Shown: positions 26,101-38,097 of the stretch, piece by piece
Layout of the letters: each line of letters opens with the position of its first letter
Numbering within the stretch: position 1 is the stretch's first letter
Assembly: GCA_028826165.1 (NCBI GenBank)
Contig: JAPDFW010000124.1
Coordinates: 97,392 to 161,391 of the forward strand
Direction of reading: 5' to 3'
Source of the DNA: Anaeramoeba ignava BMAN
Taxonomy: Eukaryota > Protista > Anaeramoebae
Length of the DNA: 64,000 nt
Program-made: the position numbers and the translations under genes
Notes under the pieces: model-generated
What the model was told of the DNA's origin: nothing
The model's input: only the letters and a program-made list of their open reading frames with translations
The model's database searches: none

Positions 26101-27996
26101 TCACAAAAATCTGCATTATTATTAATTCGGATTCCGACTTTCTCTATTGATTTTGATTCTATTTGTATTTGCGTAATTTTTGAAGTGTTGTTCCAATTGT
26201 AAATGATTTCTTGCATGCAAAAAATAAATGCGTTTATCATTTTGTTTATATCTTGATCTTCAATATCAATATTGATTCTTGAAAATTCATAAATGAAAAT
26301 TTCCATTAAATTATCATTTGTAAATAAATTTGCTGTGATCAAAGAGTTCGAGTTTGTATTTTCAAACGAGAGGATTTCTTTTCTTTCTTTGTTTTCTTTT
26401 TGATATAAAGCAAATCTTTTGAATGATAAATCGGTAAAATTTTTTGTTTTTGAAATGAAAGCAATTCTTTTGATGAATGATCCAAATTTATATCGGAATA
26501 TTTGATCATTATTTTCAAAGTTATTATTGATAAAAGGAAATTGAACGGAGAATTTTTTAATTGAAATTATCAAAAAAGTTGCAACATTTTCAAATGGAAA
26601 TGAAGTTTTTGTTTTGAAATTAAACGGATTATTTTGAAATTTGAAAATTTTTTTAATTTCATCAATTGTTTTTGTGAAAAGTTGATTTGGGTCTTCATTG
26701 GAATCATTCTCCAATGATTTTCTAATATTTTCTATTTGTTTCTCATTTGGATTTTTTTTTTGGAATGGTATTGAAGTGAATATAAAAGGATTTGAGAAAA
26801 AGAAGTTGCTAATAATTTGCAATAAATTAAGCAAAGGATGTAAATTCTCAATTTTTGGTTGTTGGAAAATCAATTCTTGAAATTTTAAATAGACAAAATT
26901 TTTGCAAATGATTTTGTTTTCATTTTGTTTGAAATCATTAGAATTTTGATTTTCTTGTAAATTATGATCAAATCCATGAAATAGTTTCATTTCCTGCAAT
27001 TTAAATGAGCATAATTGATTGTAATTTTGAGATCCATTAATTTTGTATTGAATTAAAAGGTTATTTTTTTGTTTTTTTTGAAAAAACTAAAATAAAATTA
27101 AATATTTTTTAAGAAGTTAAAAAGAAAAAAATTAATTAATTAATTAATTAAAAGATTAGCTACAAAATGAATAGTAATGATTGTTTTAAAAAATTCTTTT
27201 ATAATATTCTCTTTTGGAATTGATCTTTTTTTGTTTTTTGTTTTTGAATTTTGTTTTTCATGAATTTTGATTAAATTAAGTTTTCTTGTGATTTCTATTG
27301 GTAAATTATCAATGAATATTTCTTTTTGGATTGATTCTTCTTCAAAAATTAAATGGAATGAAATATTTGTGAAAATGTATTTAATTTCTTTAAAGTATTG
27401 TGAGTAATGTTGTTTGAGTTCTTGAATTAAGATAAATTGATGTTCTTCTGGAGTTTTTTCTTTTTGAAGATCATTATTACTAACTATTCAATTTTTTTTG
27501 TATAAAATATTAATTTAGATTTTAATTTAAATTTTTATTTTGATTTTTTGCTTTAAAATTAGAAGATACTTTTAATTTCTAAAATTTTTAATTTTAAAGA
27601 ATCAATTTTAATTTCCCATTTAGAATCTTTTTGATAAGTTAATTCTATTTTTGGAATATCCATTTCAAGTAATTTATAAGGTATATTTGAAAAATTTAAA
27701 AAAGAATTCAATAACTTTTGTTTTGTTTTTAAAAAAAAAAAGAAAAATTAGGAAAAATAATTTAAAATAATTTTAAATTTTAAAATAAAACAAACATTTA
27801 AATCAATTTGTAAAGAATTAAGTGAAAATTTAATTTCATTTGTTTTTGGAATAGAATTTTTTTTTGTTTTTTCATTCTCAATATTTTTAATACAAGTAAT
27901 TAATTTTGGATTAAAAAAAATTGATAAAACACTTTGAATAAAATCATTTTTATCTAAAAAATAAAGATAAAATAAAGGATCTAATTGATTTGACAT
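23143..27996 (-). CDS. ATG2-like (VPS13/ATG2 bridge-like lipid transfer family) protein, ~6 exons
   Basis: The spliced N-terminus LNSLQIDLN|LLNSFLNFSNIPYKLLEMDIPKIEL resembles Chorein_N. The C-terminal FRILRLNLKIDENSFIFLNQFF...RPFF|QRLEVKSFPAKI...NG|IDGW resembles the ATG2 motif LPLRLxVDQDAL.FL..FF / PFFQ. Last exons are 23639-23521 and 23418-23143. Confidence 0.65.
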
Positions 27997-28118
27997 GTTT
28001 TAAAAAAAATGAAAAAAAATGAAAAAAATAAAAATAAATTTTAAATTTTTTTTTTCATTTTTTTTTTCCTTCTTTTTATTTTTTAATTAAGAAAAACTTA
28101 AAAAAATTTTAAATTAAA
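27997..28118. promoter_or_regulatory. Compact 122-bp bidirectional promoter with TCATTTT Inr-like motifs on both strands
   Basis: Divergent ATGs at 27996(-) and 28119(+). AAAATGA occurs twice near the minus-strand start and TTCATTTTT at ~28055. Confidence 0.6.
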
Positions 28119-31100
28119 ATGACAAACAGATTAGAATATCGTAAACTTCTTTTAAAAGTTGCATTTCATAAAGATATTTTTAGATTAAAAAAAAAACAAA
28201 ATGAAAAAATTGAAACTGTTCATCCACTTGAATTATTAAAAAGATGGATTAATTTTCAATTTAAAATCAATTCAAAAACGTTAAAAATTTCAAATATTAA
28301 ATCTGATTTAAAAGTTTATTTTTTAAAATTAAAAAAAAAAAAAGCAAAAAAAAAAATTTTTTAATTAAATTTTTAATTTAAAAAAAAGGATTGTTTAATT
28401 TTATCTCAACTTTTATTCATTTTATCTCAAAATGAAAATTTTTTATCAATTTCAAATTTACAAAATTATTATGAAAGAGCTTTAAAAATACTTGATTTTT
28501 TAAAAGAAACTGATTATACTGGTTTTTTATTTAATCCTAATAATTTAATTAAAGTGAATTTTAAACAAAAGAATTTAAACAAAAAAATTTTAAATTTAAA
28601 TTTTAATATTTTTTTCATATTAAAAAATAGGGAGATGAACCTGAAATTATTCAATTTTTAGTTAATATTTTTTTATGGAAACCAAATTTAAAAGAAATTG
28701 AAACAGAAAAAGAAGATCAAGAAAATGTATAAATTTCTTAAAATTAAAATGATTAAAAATTAAAAATTAAAATTTTAAATAAAAAAAAAAAAAGAATAAA
28801 AATCAAAATTTAGAAGTTAAAACTAAACAAAAAGATTTTGATTATGATTTAGTTCTTTCAACTTCAAGTACTTCAACTGATTTTGATTTTGATTCTGATT
28901 TTGATTCTCAAGAAGATACAGGATTTAGTCAAGATGATTTTACAAATCCAATTCAACAAGAAAAATTTGAAATGATTTCAAATAATCAATTATTTGATTT
29001 TAAAAAAAAATTAAAAACAAAAACAAATGAAAATGAAAATGAAAATCAAATTAAAAATGAAAATGAAATTGAAAATGAAAATCAAATTAAAAATGAAAAT
29101 GAAAATGAAAATGAAAAAATTTCAATTAAAGATGAATTTATATTCCACTTTCTTGATTTGGAATCATTCTCATTTTTACAATTTCAAGAAATGCATAAAA
29201 TTGAAATTATTATTCAAACTTTTAGTAAAATTTTTGAAGAAATTGATGGAAATTCAAATAATACAGATTCAGGAAAATTAGCATTTCTTCAAAGATTAAA
29301 AATGTTTCATTTAAGAAATAATTATGTAAAGAAAAAAAAAGAAAAAAGAAAGAAAGAAAATTAAATATTAAATTTTTATAAAAAATTAGGGATTGATTTC
29401 AAATTTAAATCGAAATTTATTTTTCCAAATTATTAATGATATTCTTAAATCTGATTTTAATTATTTTAATCCACTTATTCAACAACAAATTAATCAAGAA
29501 TTATTAGCCCAAGATAATTATGGATGTGATCCTTTATATATTTCTTCTCAAATCAAAGGAATTCTTCAAGAAAATTGCAAATTGGAAAAAGAAGCTGATT
29601 TATCATTATCTTTATTATTTGATTTATTTACATTTACAATGGTTGTTAAACAACAAATTACAACAAGATTAACATCAGAATTAATTGCTGATTCATTTAT
29701 TAATCCTGGTAAATAAAATTAAATTAAATTAAATTTATAAAATTAATTTATAATATTGTTTTTGTTCAAATTTTTATTTTGGTTTTTGTTCAAATTGATT
29801 TAGATCAAATGAAATTAATTCGAAATATTATTTATAAGAGTCTTGATACAGCAATATTTGGATTGATTGACTTTATTAATTTAACAAAAATATTAAAACA
29901 TTATTTCTCGTTTTTCACAGAAAAAGACTTCTTATCAAAATCTCAATTGGTAGTTTCACAAACAATAAAAATTGCACTTGGAAATACAATTAGAGCGATT
30001 GTTAACAGGATTTTAGATGATAAATCAAAAGAATTAGTTGAGAAATCAATTGCGAAAATAAATCAAGAATTTAAATCATTTGGAAATGAAAAAAATACCA
30101 ATTCACAAGTTATTGAGAAAGGAATGGAAATTCTTGGAGGATATTTGTTTGTTGAGGATATTATATTTTTACAAGCAGCACTTGATGAAGAAAATTGCTT
30201 ATCATTTCAACAACAACTTGTGGATAATTTTTATTATTTGTTTTTGCAACTTGATATTTTTATTCCGATGATTAAATTTTTAGTTTCTCGACAAATTATC
30301 ACTCAAAAAAATTCTGATATGCTTTTTAGAGCCAATGATGTTTTGGCTAAAATATTAACAAAATATTCATCACATTTTGCAAAGGATTATTTACATGAAA
30401 CTTTCCATGATATTGTTGATGAAATTTGTAAAAACGGCTTGCATTTTGAAATGGATCCTTATATTGCAATGCCTAAGAATATTGCAAGAAACTTTAAAAA
30501 TTTGAAGTTTTATTTTCCATAAATTAGTTGACAGAATTATTGAGACTTCAGATAAAATTCCTTTTGGATTCCGAATAATAACATCACATATTAGAAATGA
30601 AATGCAAATTATGGGATTGGAAGAATTTGAAAAGGCGATTGGAAGTTTAATATTTTTAAGATTTTTATGTCCAGCAATATTATTACCAATTTCATTTGGA
30701 ATTATTGATTGTTTGTTTTTATTTTTCTTCAAAAAAGAAATTTATATTCCAAAAAAAATAATAATTTCAAAAAATAAAAATTAGATTCTATCGATCCTGA
30801 AAGTGAAAGAGGTTTATTACTTTTATCTTCAACAATTCAAGCTTTAGGAACTGGAAAACAATTTGGATCAAATCGAGTTTATTTGCAGCCTTTAAATCAA
30901 GAAATTCAAGCAAAATCATCACAAACAACTGAATTATTAAAAAGAATTTCTGTAAAAGAAAACAAAAAATTAAAATAATTTCTTTAAATTTTTACTAAAA
31001 CAAAAACAAACAAAAAGAATTTTGAAGGTGAAATTTGTTATCCAACACATTTAACAATGGAAAAAATCTTGAAGAACACACCATTATCGTTTTTGGCACA

Positions 31101-31929
31101 ATTATATCAGTCACAATTAAAAAATGTGAAACAAAGCAAAGCAAATGGATATGATTTATTTTTATCAGTTCGAAGATTTATCAAAGAAAAGAAACTTTTA
31201 CAAAATCCTAAAATAGAAATTTATCAAACAGAAAAAATGATCAGAGAAACAACTCAATTGGATGAAAAAACAGGGTTTTTAATTCAAGAAATTGAATTTA
31301 TTGAGAAACTTTTATCAGAAATATCAACAAAACACACAGAAAAAAAATCAACTATTGGAACAAATGAATCGCAATTATCGCATGGATTAAACGATAAAAA
31401 TAAGTCAGAGGATTTAAGTGAAACAAGCGGAGAAACTGAATACAGTGATTCATTAACGATTCCAGAAGATGTTTATAAAGAAAAAGAGGAAGTTTATGAA
31501 GACACTTTAAATCAAAACGAAGCGGCAAGAAAATTTGAATCAGGAAAAACATTTGCAAATAGGAATTTGTTTTTTTTGTGGAAGGATAATTGGAAAACAC
31601 CAACATTAATGGAAGGATTTGGATTAATGAGAAGAAAATCAAAGAAAAAATGGAGCAAAGTTTATTTTGTTCTCAAACTTGAATTTCTTGCAATTTATGA
31701 AAATTTATCAGTTAATTGTTATAAAGATTTGATTGATATTATCCATATTACTGGTTTTTTGAAGATTGTTAAATTGAAGAAAACTTCTAAATTTAATAAG
31801 AAGAAAGTTAAACAAATTTCTATTATGACTGAAGTTCCAACAAAACAAGAAATAATAATTTCTTCTGAAAATGATTTTAATATTGAAAAGTGGTTTGAAT
31901 TATTAATTCAAATTCAAAATAATTATTAA
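28119..31929 (+). CDS. CH-domain + RasGAP + C-terminal PH-domain protein, 8 exons, one homopolymer frameshift at ~30515
   Basis: CH: LELLKRWINFQ...ISNIKSDLK|DCLILSQLL. RasGAP: arginine finger MLFRAND and signature IFLRFLCPAI. PH: MEGFGLMRRKSKKKWSKVYFVL...IEKWFELL. GT-AG introns were reconstructed. Removing one T from TATTTTCCAT restores the frame. Confidence 0.85.
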
Positions 31930-32162
31930 TTTTTTTCAACAATTAATTTTTCAACAATTAATTTTTCAACAATTAATTTTTCAACAATTAATTTTTCAAC
32001 AATTAATTTTTCAACAATTAATTTTTCAACAATTAATTTTTCAACAATTAATTTTTCAACAATTAATTTTTCAACAATTAATTTTTCAACAATTAATTTT
32101 TCAACAATTAATTTTTTAACAATTAATTTTTCAATAATTAATTTTTCAACAATTAATTTTCA
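31930..32162. repeat. 15-bp minisatellite (AATTAATTTTTCAAC)n, ~15 copies
   Basis: Near-perfect tandem repeat beginning at the RasGAP stop codon. Confidence 0.95.
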
Positions 32163-32289
32163 ATGTGTAATTTGTTCCAATTTCTTTTTTTTTTTTAATG
32201 AAACGAATTAATAAAAAAAAAGAAATTCAATTTAAAAATAAAAGAAAAATTTTCAAAAGAATGATCCACTTTTTTTTTTGGCTCAGCAA

Positions 32290-32432
32290 AAAAATAAAAG
32301 AAAAAAAATAAAAGAAAAAAAATAAAAGAAAAAAAATAAAAGAAAAGAAAATAAAAGAAAAGAAAATAAAAGAAAAGAAAATAAAAGAAAAGAAAATAAA
32401 AGAAAAGAAAATAAAAGAGAAAAAGAGGAATA
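32290..32432. repeat. 15-bp purine-rich minisatellite (AAAATAAAAGAAAAG)n
   Basis: Visible, immediately 3' of the WD40 gene stop. Confidence 0.9.
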
Positions 32433-32433
32433 A

Positions 32434-35400
32434 TTAAAAAACTTGAGTCTTATCAACCTTCTTAGCTCTCCTTCTTCTTTCAGATTGAATAGCAGCCAAT
32501 TTCCTATCATATTCCACTTGTTCATTAAGAGGGACTTTCTGAACAAAACTGTTATCAAATTGTCCACCAAAGATAGGCCAAACTCTAAGCATACCATTTT
32601 CACTACCAGTAACAAAGGAGTCATTTCCGACGGTGAGACAAGTAAAGGGAGCCTCTTGGGGGACAGAATACAAAGCGACACAGTCAAAAGGCTCAGTGAG
32701 ACTAAAACAACGAACAGTGAAATCAACTGAACAAGTAAGAAGAAAACGGTTGTCTTTTGAGGCGCCAATACCAACGATCTTGCCCCAATGTTCTGTGATG
32801 GTTCTCACGCATTTCATTGACTGTTGGTTGTCTGCAATGAGCCAAATCTTTGCGGTCTTGTCCCACGACCCTGTGCAAAGTAGTTCCTTATTTGACTGGA
32901 AATCCTTGCACCAACACATGCATTCAATTAGCGCTTTATGCGCGTTTGATTCGGAAAACTTCTTGCTTAATCCCGCTTTCCGGGTGTTGGGTTTGAACAC
33001 GACAATTTTGTGATCGTTTCCGCATGACGCGAATAAATTGGATTGTTTATTAAATCCAAAGCAATTAACGTGACCTTCATGCTCATTGACGTTGTGGCGC
33101 GGCTTGATTTTCTCAGGAACAAGAACGTGCTGGATACCTGGCCGGAACTCAAATGAATTGATATCGAAATCACTTTGTGTAAGTAACTCAGCGCGAGTCA
33201 TTCTTTTGGGGGAATAGGTTTTTTTTAGTTGCCAAGTCAGAAGCGTGAAATCATTAGAAGAAGACACCATCATGCTGCCATCTGGCGAGATTGCGATGTA
33301 CTTGATCTTTCCGCTGTGGCCGACAAACCGTGCGACTTCCTGAAGAACACAAGTTGCGTCGTTATCTTGGACATAACTTGGATGCAAAGCGAATCCTTTT
33401 AGATCATAAGAAGATCCGCCGATAACAAGGAACTTTTTATCGGGAGCTAAGGACAATGATTGCACGGAATTGTGGAAGTTGATTTGCATGAGCCTGCCGA
33501 GGGTGTCAATGTCATACTGGTAAACTGTGTAATCAAGTGAGCCTGAGAAAATGGTTCGAATTGCTGTGTCTCTTTGTTGGTTGTCATTCTGTTGCGCCTG
33601 ATCTTTTCCATCGAGCTCGTCTTCTTCTTCTCGTTCATCAAGGCAGATTGACGTGATGGCCTTTTCTCTGGCCGATAAATTCATGAACAAACCCAATTTT
33701 CAGTGGGTTTACAAAGCTCCAAATTCGAATTGAATTATGCATTGATGATGTTATTGCTAATGGTGCCGTTGGTGACATCTCAAATGATGATATTCCTTCC
33801 TCGTGTGCTTCAAGATCGTTCAGGAGATGTGCTCCTCCTTCAAGTTGATCTTTGATTAATGTTGTTAGTGATACATCGTCTTCTAAGATTTTTCGAAGTG
33901 CTTCGTTGTCTACTGTTTCTAGAACATCTTCTAATCCTCCGTCTCCTTTTGTTTCCGTTCTTTCCGTTTCTTTTCATTTAATTTTAATTTTATAAATGAA
34001 TTTTAATTTTAATTTTATAAATGAATTTTAATTTAATTTTATAAATGAATTTTGATTTTAATTTTATAAATGAATTTTAATTTTAATTTTAATTTTATAA
34101 ATGAATTTTAATTTTAATTTTAATTTTAATTTTAATTTTAATTTTAATTTTATAAATGAATTTTGATTTTGATTTTAATTTTAATTTTAATTTTAATTTT
34201 ATAAATCAATTTTAATTTTAATTTTAATTTTAATTTTAATTTTAATTTTAATTTTATAAATGAATTTTAATTTGATTTTAATTTTAATTCTAATTTAATT
34301 TTATAAATGAATTTTAATTTTAATTTTAATTTTGATTTTAATTTTAATTCTAATTTTAATTTTAATTTTAATATTAATTTTTATAAATCAAATTTAGTTT
34401 CATTTTAATTTTGATTTGATTGTTTACTCTCTTCCTTGTTATCCTTAGAAGATAATTCCCAAACTTTAATAGTCTTATCAGCAGAAGCAGAAATAAGAAT
34501 AGTTTCATTTTTCAAGAGAATCAACCTTTTAATATCACCTTTATGGTCAGAAACAGAATCAACTTTTTTGCCAGATTTTGTACTCCACAAAATAATATCA
34601 TTATCTCTTGCACCACTCCAAATCCTCGATCCATCTTGTGTAAAAGTAAGCGCAGTAATATCACCTCTATGACCTTCTATTGAGTTTTGCTGAGCTATTT
34701 TCACGCTACTATCATCTTTTTCATGTTCTTCTGCTGTGAAAAAGTTATTCAATTTGCTAATATCCCATAATTTTATTGTTGAATCTCTTCCTGCACTCGC
34801 TAATACTTGTGTTGCTGCACAATAAGAAAATACTAAAATTGGTGCTTTGTGTGCGTTTATTGTATCGATACATTGTGCTTGATCTCCTCTCATATCCCAT
34901 GCTTTTAATGTTGTATCAGATGATCCTTATAATTTTATAAATGAATTTTAATTTTAATTTTGATTTTAATTTTATAAATGAATTTTAATTTTAATTTTAT
35001 AAATGAATTTTAATATTATAAATGAATTTTAATTTTAATTTTGATTTTAATTTTAATTTTAATTTTAATTTTAATTTTAATTTTAATTTTAATTTTAATT
35101 TTAATTTTATTTTAATTTCAATTTTATAAATGAATTTTAATTTTAATTTTAATTTTAATTTTAATTTTATAAATGAATTTTAATTTTTAATTTTTAATTT
35201 TAATTTTATAAATGAATTTTAATTTTTAATTTTAATTTTTATAAATGAATTTTAATTTTAATTTTAATTTTATAAATGAATTTTAATTTTAATTTTAATT
35301 TTAATTTTAATTTAAATTTATAAATGAATTTTAATTTTAATTTAATTTAATTTTATAAATGAATTTTAATTTTAATTTTATAAATGAATTTTAATTTAAT

Positions 35401-36952
35401 TTAATTTTATAAATGAATTTTAATTTTAATTTTAATTTTTAATTTTAATTTTAATTTTAATTTTAATTTTAATTTTATAAATGAATTTTAATTTTAATTT
35501 TAATTTTATAAATGAATTTTAATTTTAATTTTTAATTTTAATTTTAATATTATAAATGAATTTTAAATTTTAATTTTAATTTTAATTTTATAAATGAATT
35601 TTAATTTTATAAATAAGTTTTAATTTTAATTTTTGTAAATGAATTTTTAATTTTAATTTTAATTTTTAATTTTAATTTTAATTTTAATTTTAATTTTAAT
35701 TTTAATTTAATTTTAATTTTATAAATTAATTTTAAATTTATAAATGAATTTTAATTTAATTTTATAAATGAATTTTAATTTAATTTTTAAAATGAATTTT
35801 AATTTAATAAATGAATTTTAATTTTTAATTTTAATTTTAATTTTAATTTTAATTTTATAAATGAATTTTAATTTTAATTTTAATTTTTAATTTTAATTTT
35901 TAATTTTAATTTTAATTTTAATTTTAATTTTGATTTTTAATTTTATAAATGAATTTTAATTTTAATTTTAATTTTATAAATGAATTTTAATTTTAATTTT
36001 AATTATAATTTTAATTTTAATTTTAATTTTAATTTTATAAATGAATTTTAATTTTAATTTTAATTTTAATTTTAATTTTAATTTTAATTTTAATTTTTAT
36101 TTTGATTTTAATTTTTATTTTAATTTTAATTTTATTTTTAATTTTAATTTTAATTTTAATTTTAATTTTAATTTTATAAATGAATTTTAATTTTAATTTA
36201 AATTTTAATTTTAATTTTAATTTTGATTTTAATTTTAATTTTATAAATTAATTTTAATTTTATAAATTAATTTTAATTTTATAAATGAATTTTAATTTTA
36301 TAAATGAATTTTAATTTAATTTTATAAATGAATTTTAATTTTAATTTTATAAATTAATTTAATTTTGTAAATGAATTTTGTAAATGAATTTTAATTTTAT
36401 AATTGAAATAAAAAAAATTTTTTTTAATAAAAGGATTGAAGAAGCCAACATACCAGTAATCAAACAATCACCATTCTGAAGCCAAATCAAGCATTCCACA
36501 GTACCATCATGAGCAGAAATATGAGAACCAGTTTTTATGACTTGTTTCAAAGAAAACGATTGCAGGTCCCAAATAAAAAGACCTTCATGACCAGCAGAAA
36601 CAAGGATAGGTTTATTAGGATGAAACAGAAGAGCAGTAACTGGGGAGACATGGTCTTCAAGGGTTTCCTCAACGGTAAAAGAAAGAGCAATATTTCCTTG
36701 TTGTGATTTTCGTTCATTTTTTTTAATCAAATAAATTGAATGATTTCCTGAAACAAATGCAAACATTGTCCCATCTGGTGACCATGCTATTGGACTCTTC
36801 TCTTGAACTCCTACTACTTTTATTGGCTTAGAACATATTGGTAAGGCTCGTGGTTTTTCGGGATCTTGTAATTCATCTTTTGCTATCTGTATTTCATCTT
36901 CTGCTTCATATTTTTTTGGTTCTTCCATTTCTAAATTATTTTTATCTGCCAT
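32434..36952 (-). CDS. Multi-propeller WD40-repeat protein; exons 36952-36454, 34925-34428, 33969-32434; one frameshift at ~33665
   Basis: Many GH...WD-type repeats (LITG|SSDTTLKAWD, SAGRDSTIKLWD, TGSWDKTAKIW). Canonical GT-AG joins. Removing one A in AGAAAAGG restores EFIGQRKAITSICLD. Confidence 0.85.
34926..36400. repeat. Intronic (TTTTAA)n / TTTTATAAATGAA satellite filling the 1.5-kb WD40 intron 1
   Basis: Visible, and bounded by the GT donor at 36453 and the AG acceptor at 34926. Confidence 0.92.
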
Positions 36953-37059
36953 TTTTGTTTTTAATAAATAAAAAAATTTAAAAAAAAAAATGAAATTTGA
37001 AAAAGCAAAAAAAATTTTTTTTTCAATTATAAAATCTCTTTCTACATTCACTAAATCAA

Positions 37060-37960
37060 ACTAATCAATTTAATAATAAATTTAATAATCAATTTAATAA
37101 TCAATTTAATAATCAATTTAACAATAAATTTAATAATCAATTTAACAATAAATTTAATAATCAATTTAACAATCAATTTAATAATAAATTTAACAATAAA
37201 TTTAATAATAAATTTAATAATCAATTTAATAATAATTTTAATAATCAATTTAATAATAAATTTAATAATCAATTTAATAATAAATTTAACAATCAATTTA
37301 ACAATAAATTTAATAATCATTTTAACAATAAATTTAATAATTAATTTAATAATCAATTTAATAATCAATTTAATAATAAATTTAACAATCAATTTAATAA
37401 TAAATTTAATAATAAATTTAATAATCAATTTAATAATCAATTTAATAATCAATTTAATAATAAATTTAATAATCAATTTAATAATCAATTTAATAATTAA
37501 TTTAATAATCAATTTAATAATTAATTTAATAATAAATTTAATAATAAATTTAATAATAAATTTAATAATAAATTTAATAATAAATTTAATAATAAATTTA
37601 ATAATAAATTTAATAATAAATTTAATAATAAATTTAATAATAAATTTAATAATAAATTTAATAATCAATTTAATAATAAATTTAACAATCAATTTAATAA
37701 TAAATTTAATAATAAATTTTATAATCAATTTAATAATAAATTTAATAATCAATTTAATAATAATTTTAATAATCAATTTAATAATAAATTTAATAATAAT
37801 TTTAATAATCAATTTAATAATCAATTTAATAATCAATTTAATAATAAATTTAATAATAAATTTAATAATCAATTTAACAATCAATTTAATAATAAATTTA
37901 ATAATAAATTTAATAATAATTTTAATAATAAATTTAATAATAATTTTAATAATAAATTCC
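37060..37960. repeat. 12-bp minisatellite (AATTTAATAATM)n, ~75 copies
   Basis: Visible. It produces the spurious IIKF/IIKL ORF 37051-37968. Confidence 0.95.
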
Positions 37961-38097
37961 AAAACCAATTTTAATAATCTTTTTTTATTGTCTTTTGTTA
38001 TTTAGATTTGTTTTGTAAAGAAAAGAAAGAAAGTGTGAAAGAATAAGAAAGAGAATAAGAAAAATTTTTAAATGAATTATTTTTCTTTTTCATTTGA

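Noticed and set aside
32443-33641. Antisense and alternative-frame ORFs over the WD40 last exon
   Set aside because: Expected from the locally higher GC, with no recognisable domains.
4550-33670. Programmed frameshifting or alternative genetic code suggested by breaks at ~4556, ~30515 and ~33665
   Set aside because: All are single extra bases in homopolymers with no shared signal, and TAA, TAG and TGA all act as normal stops. Assembly error is the simpler explanation.
37051-37968. 305-aa IIKF/IIKL ORF
   Set aside because: Product of a 12-bp intergenic repeat.
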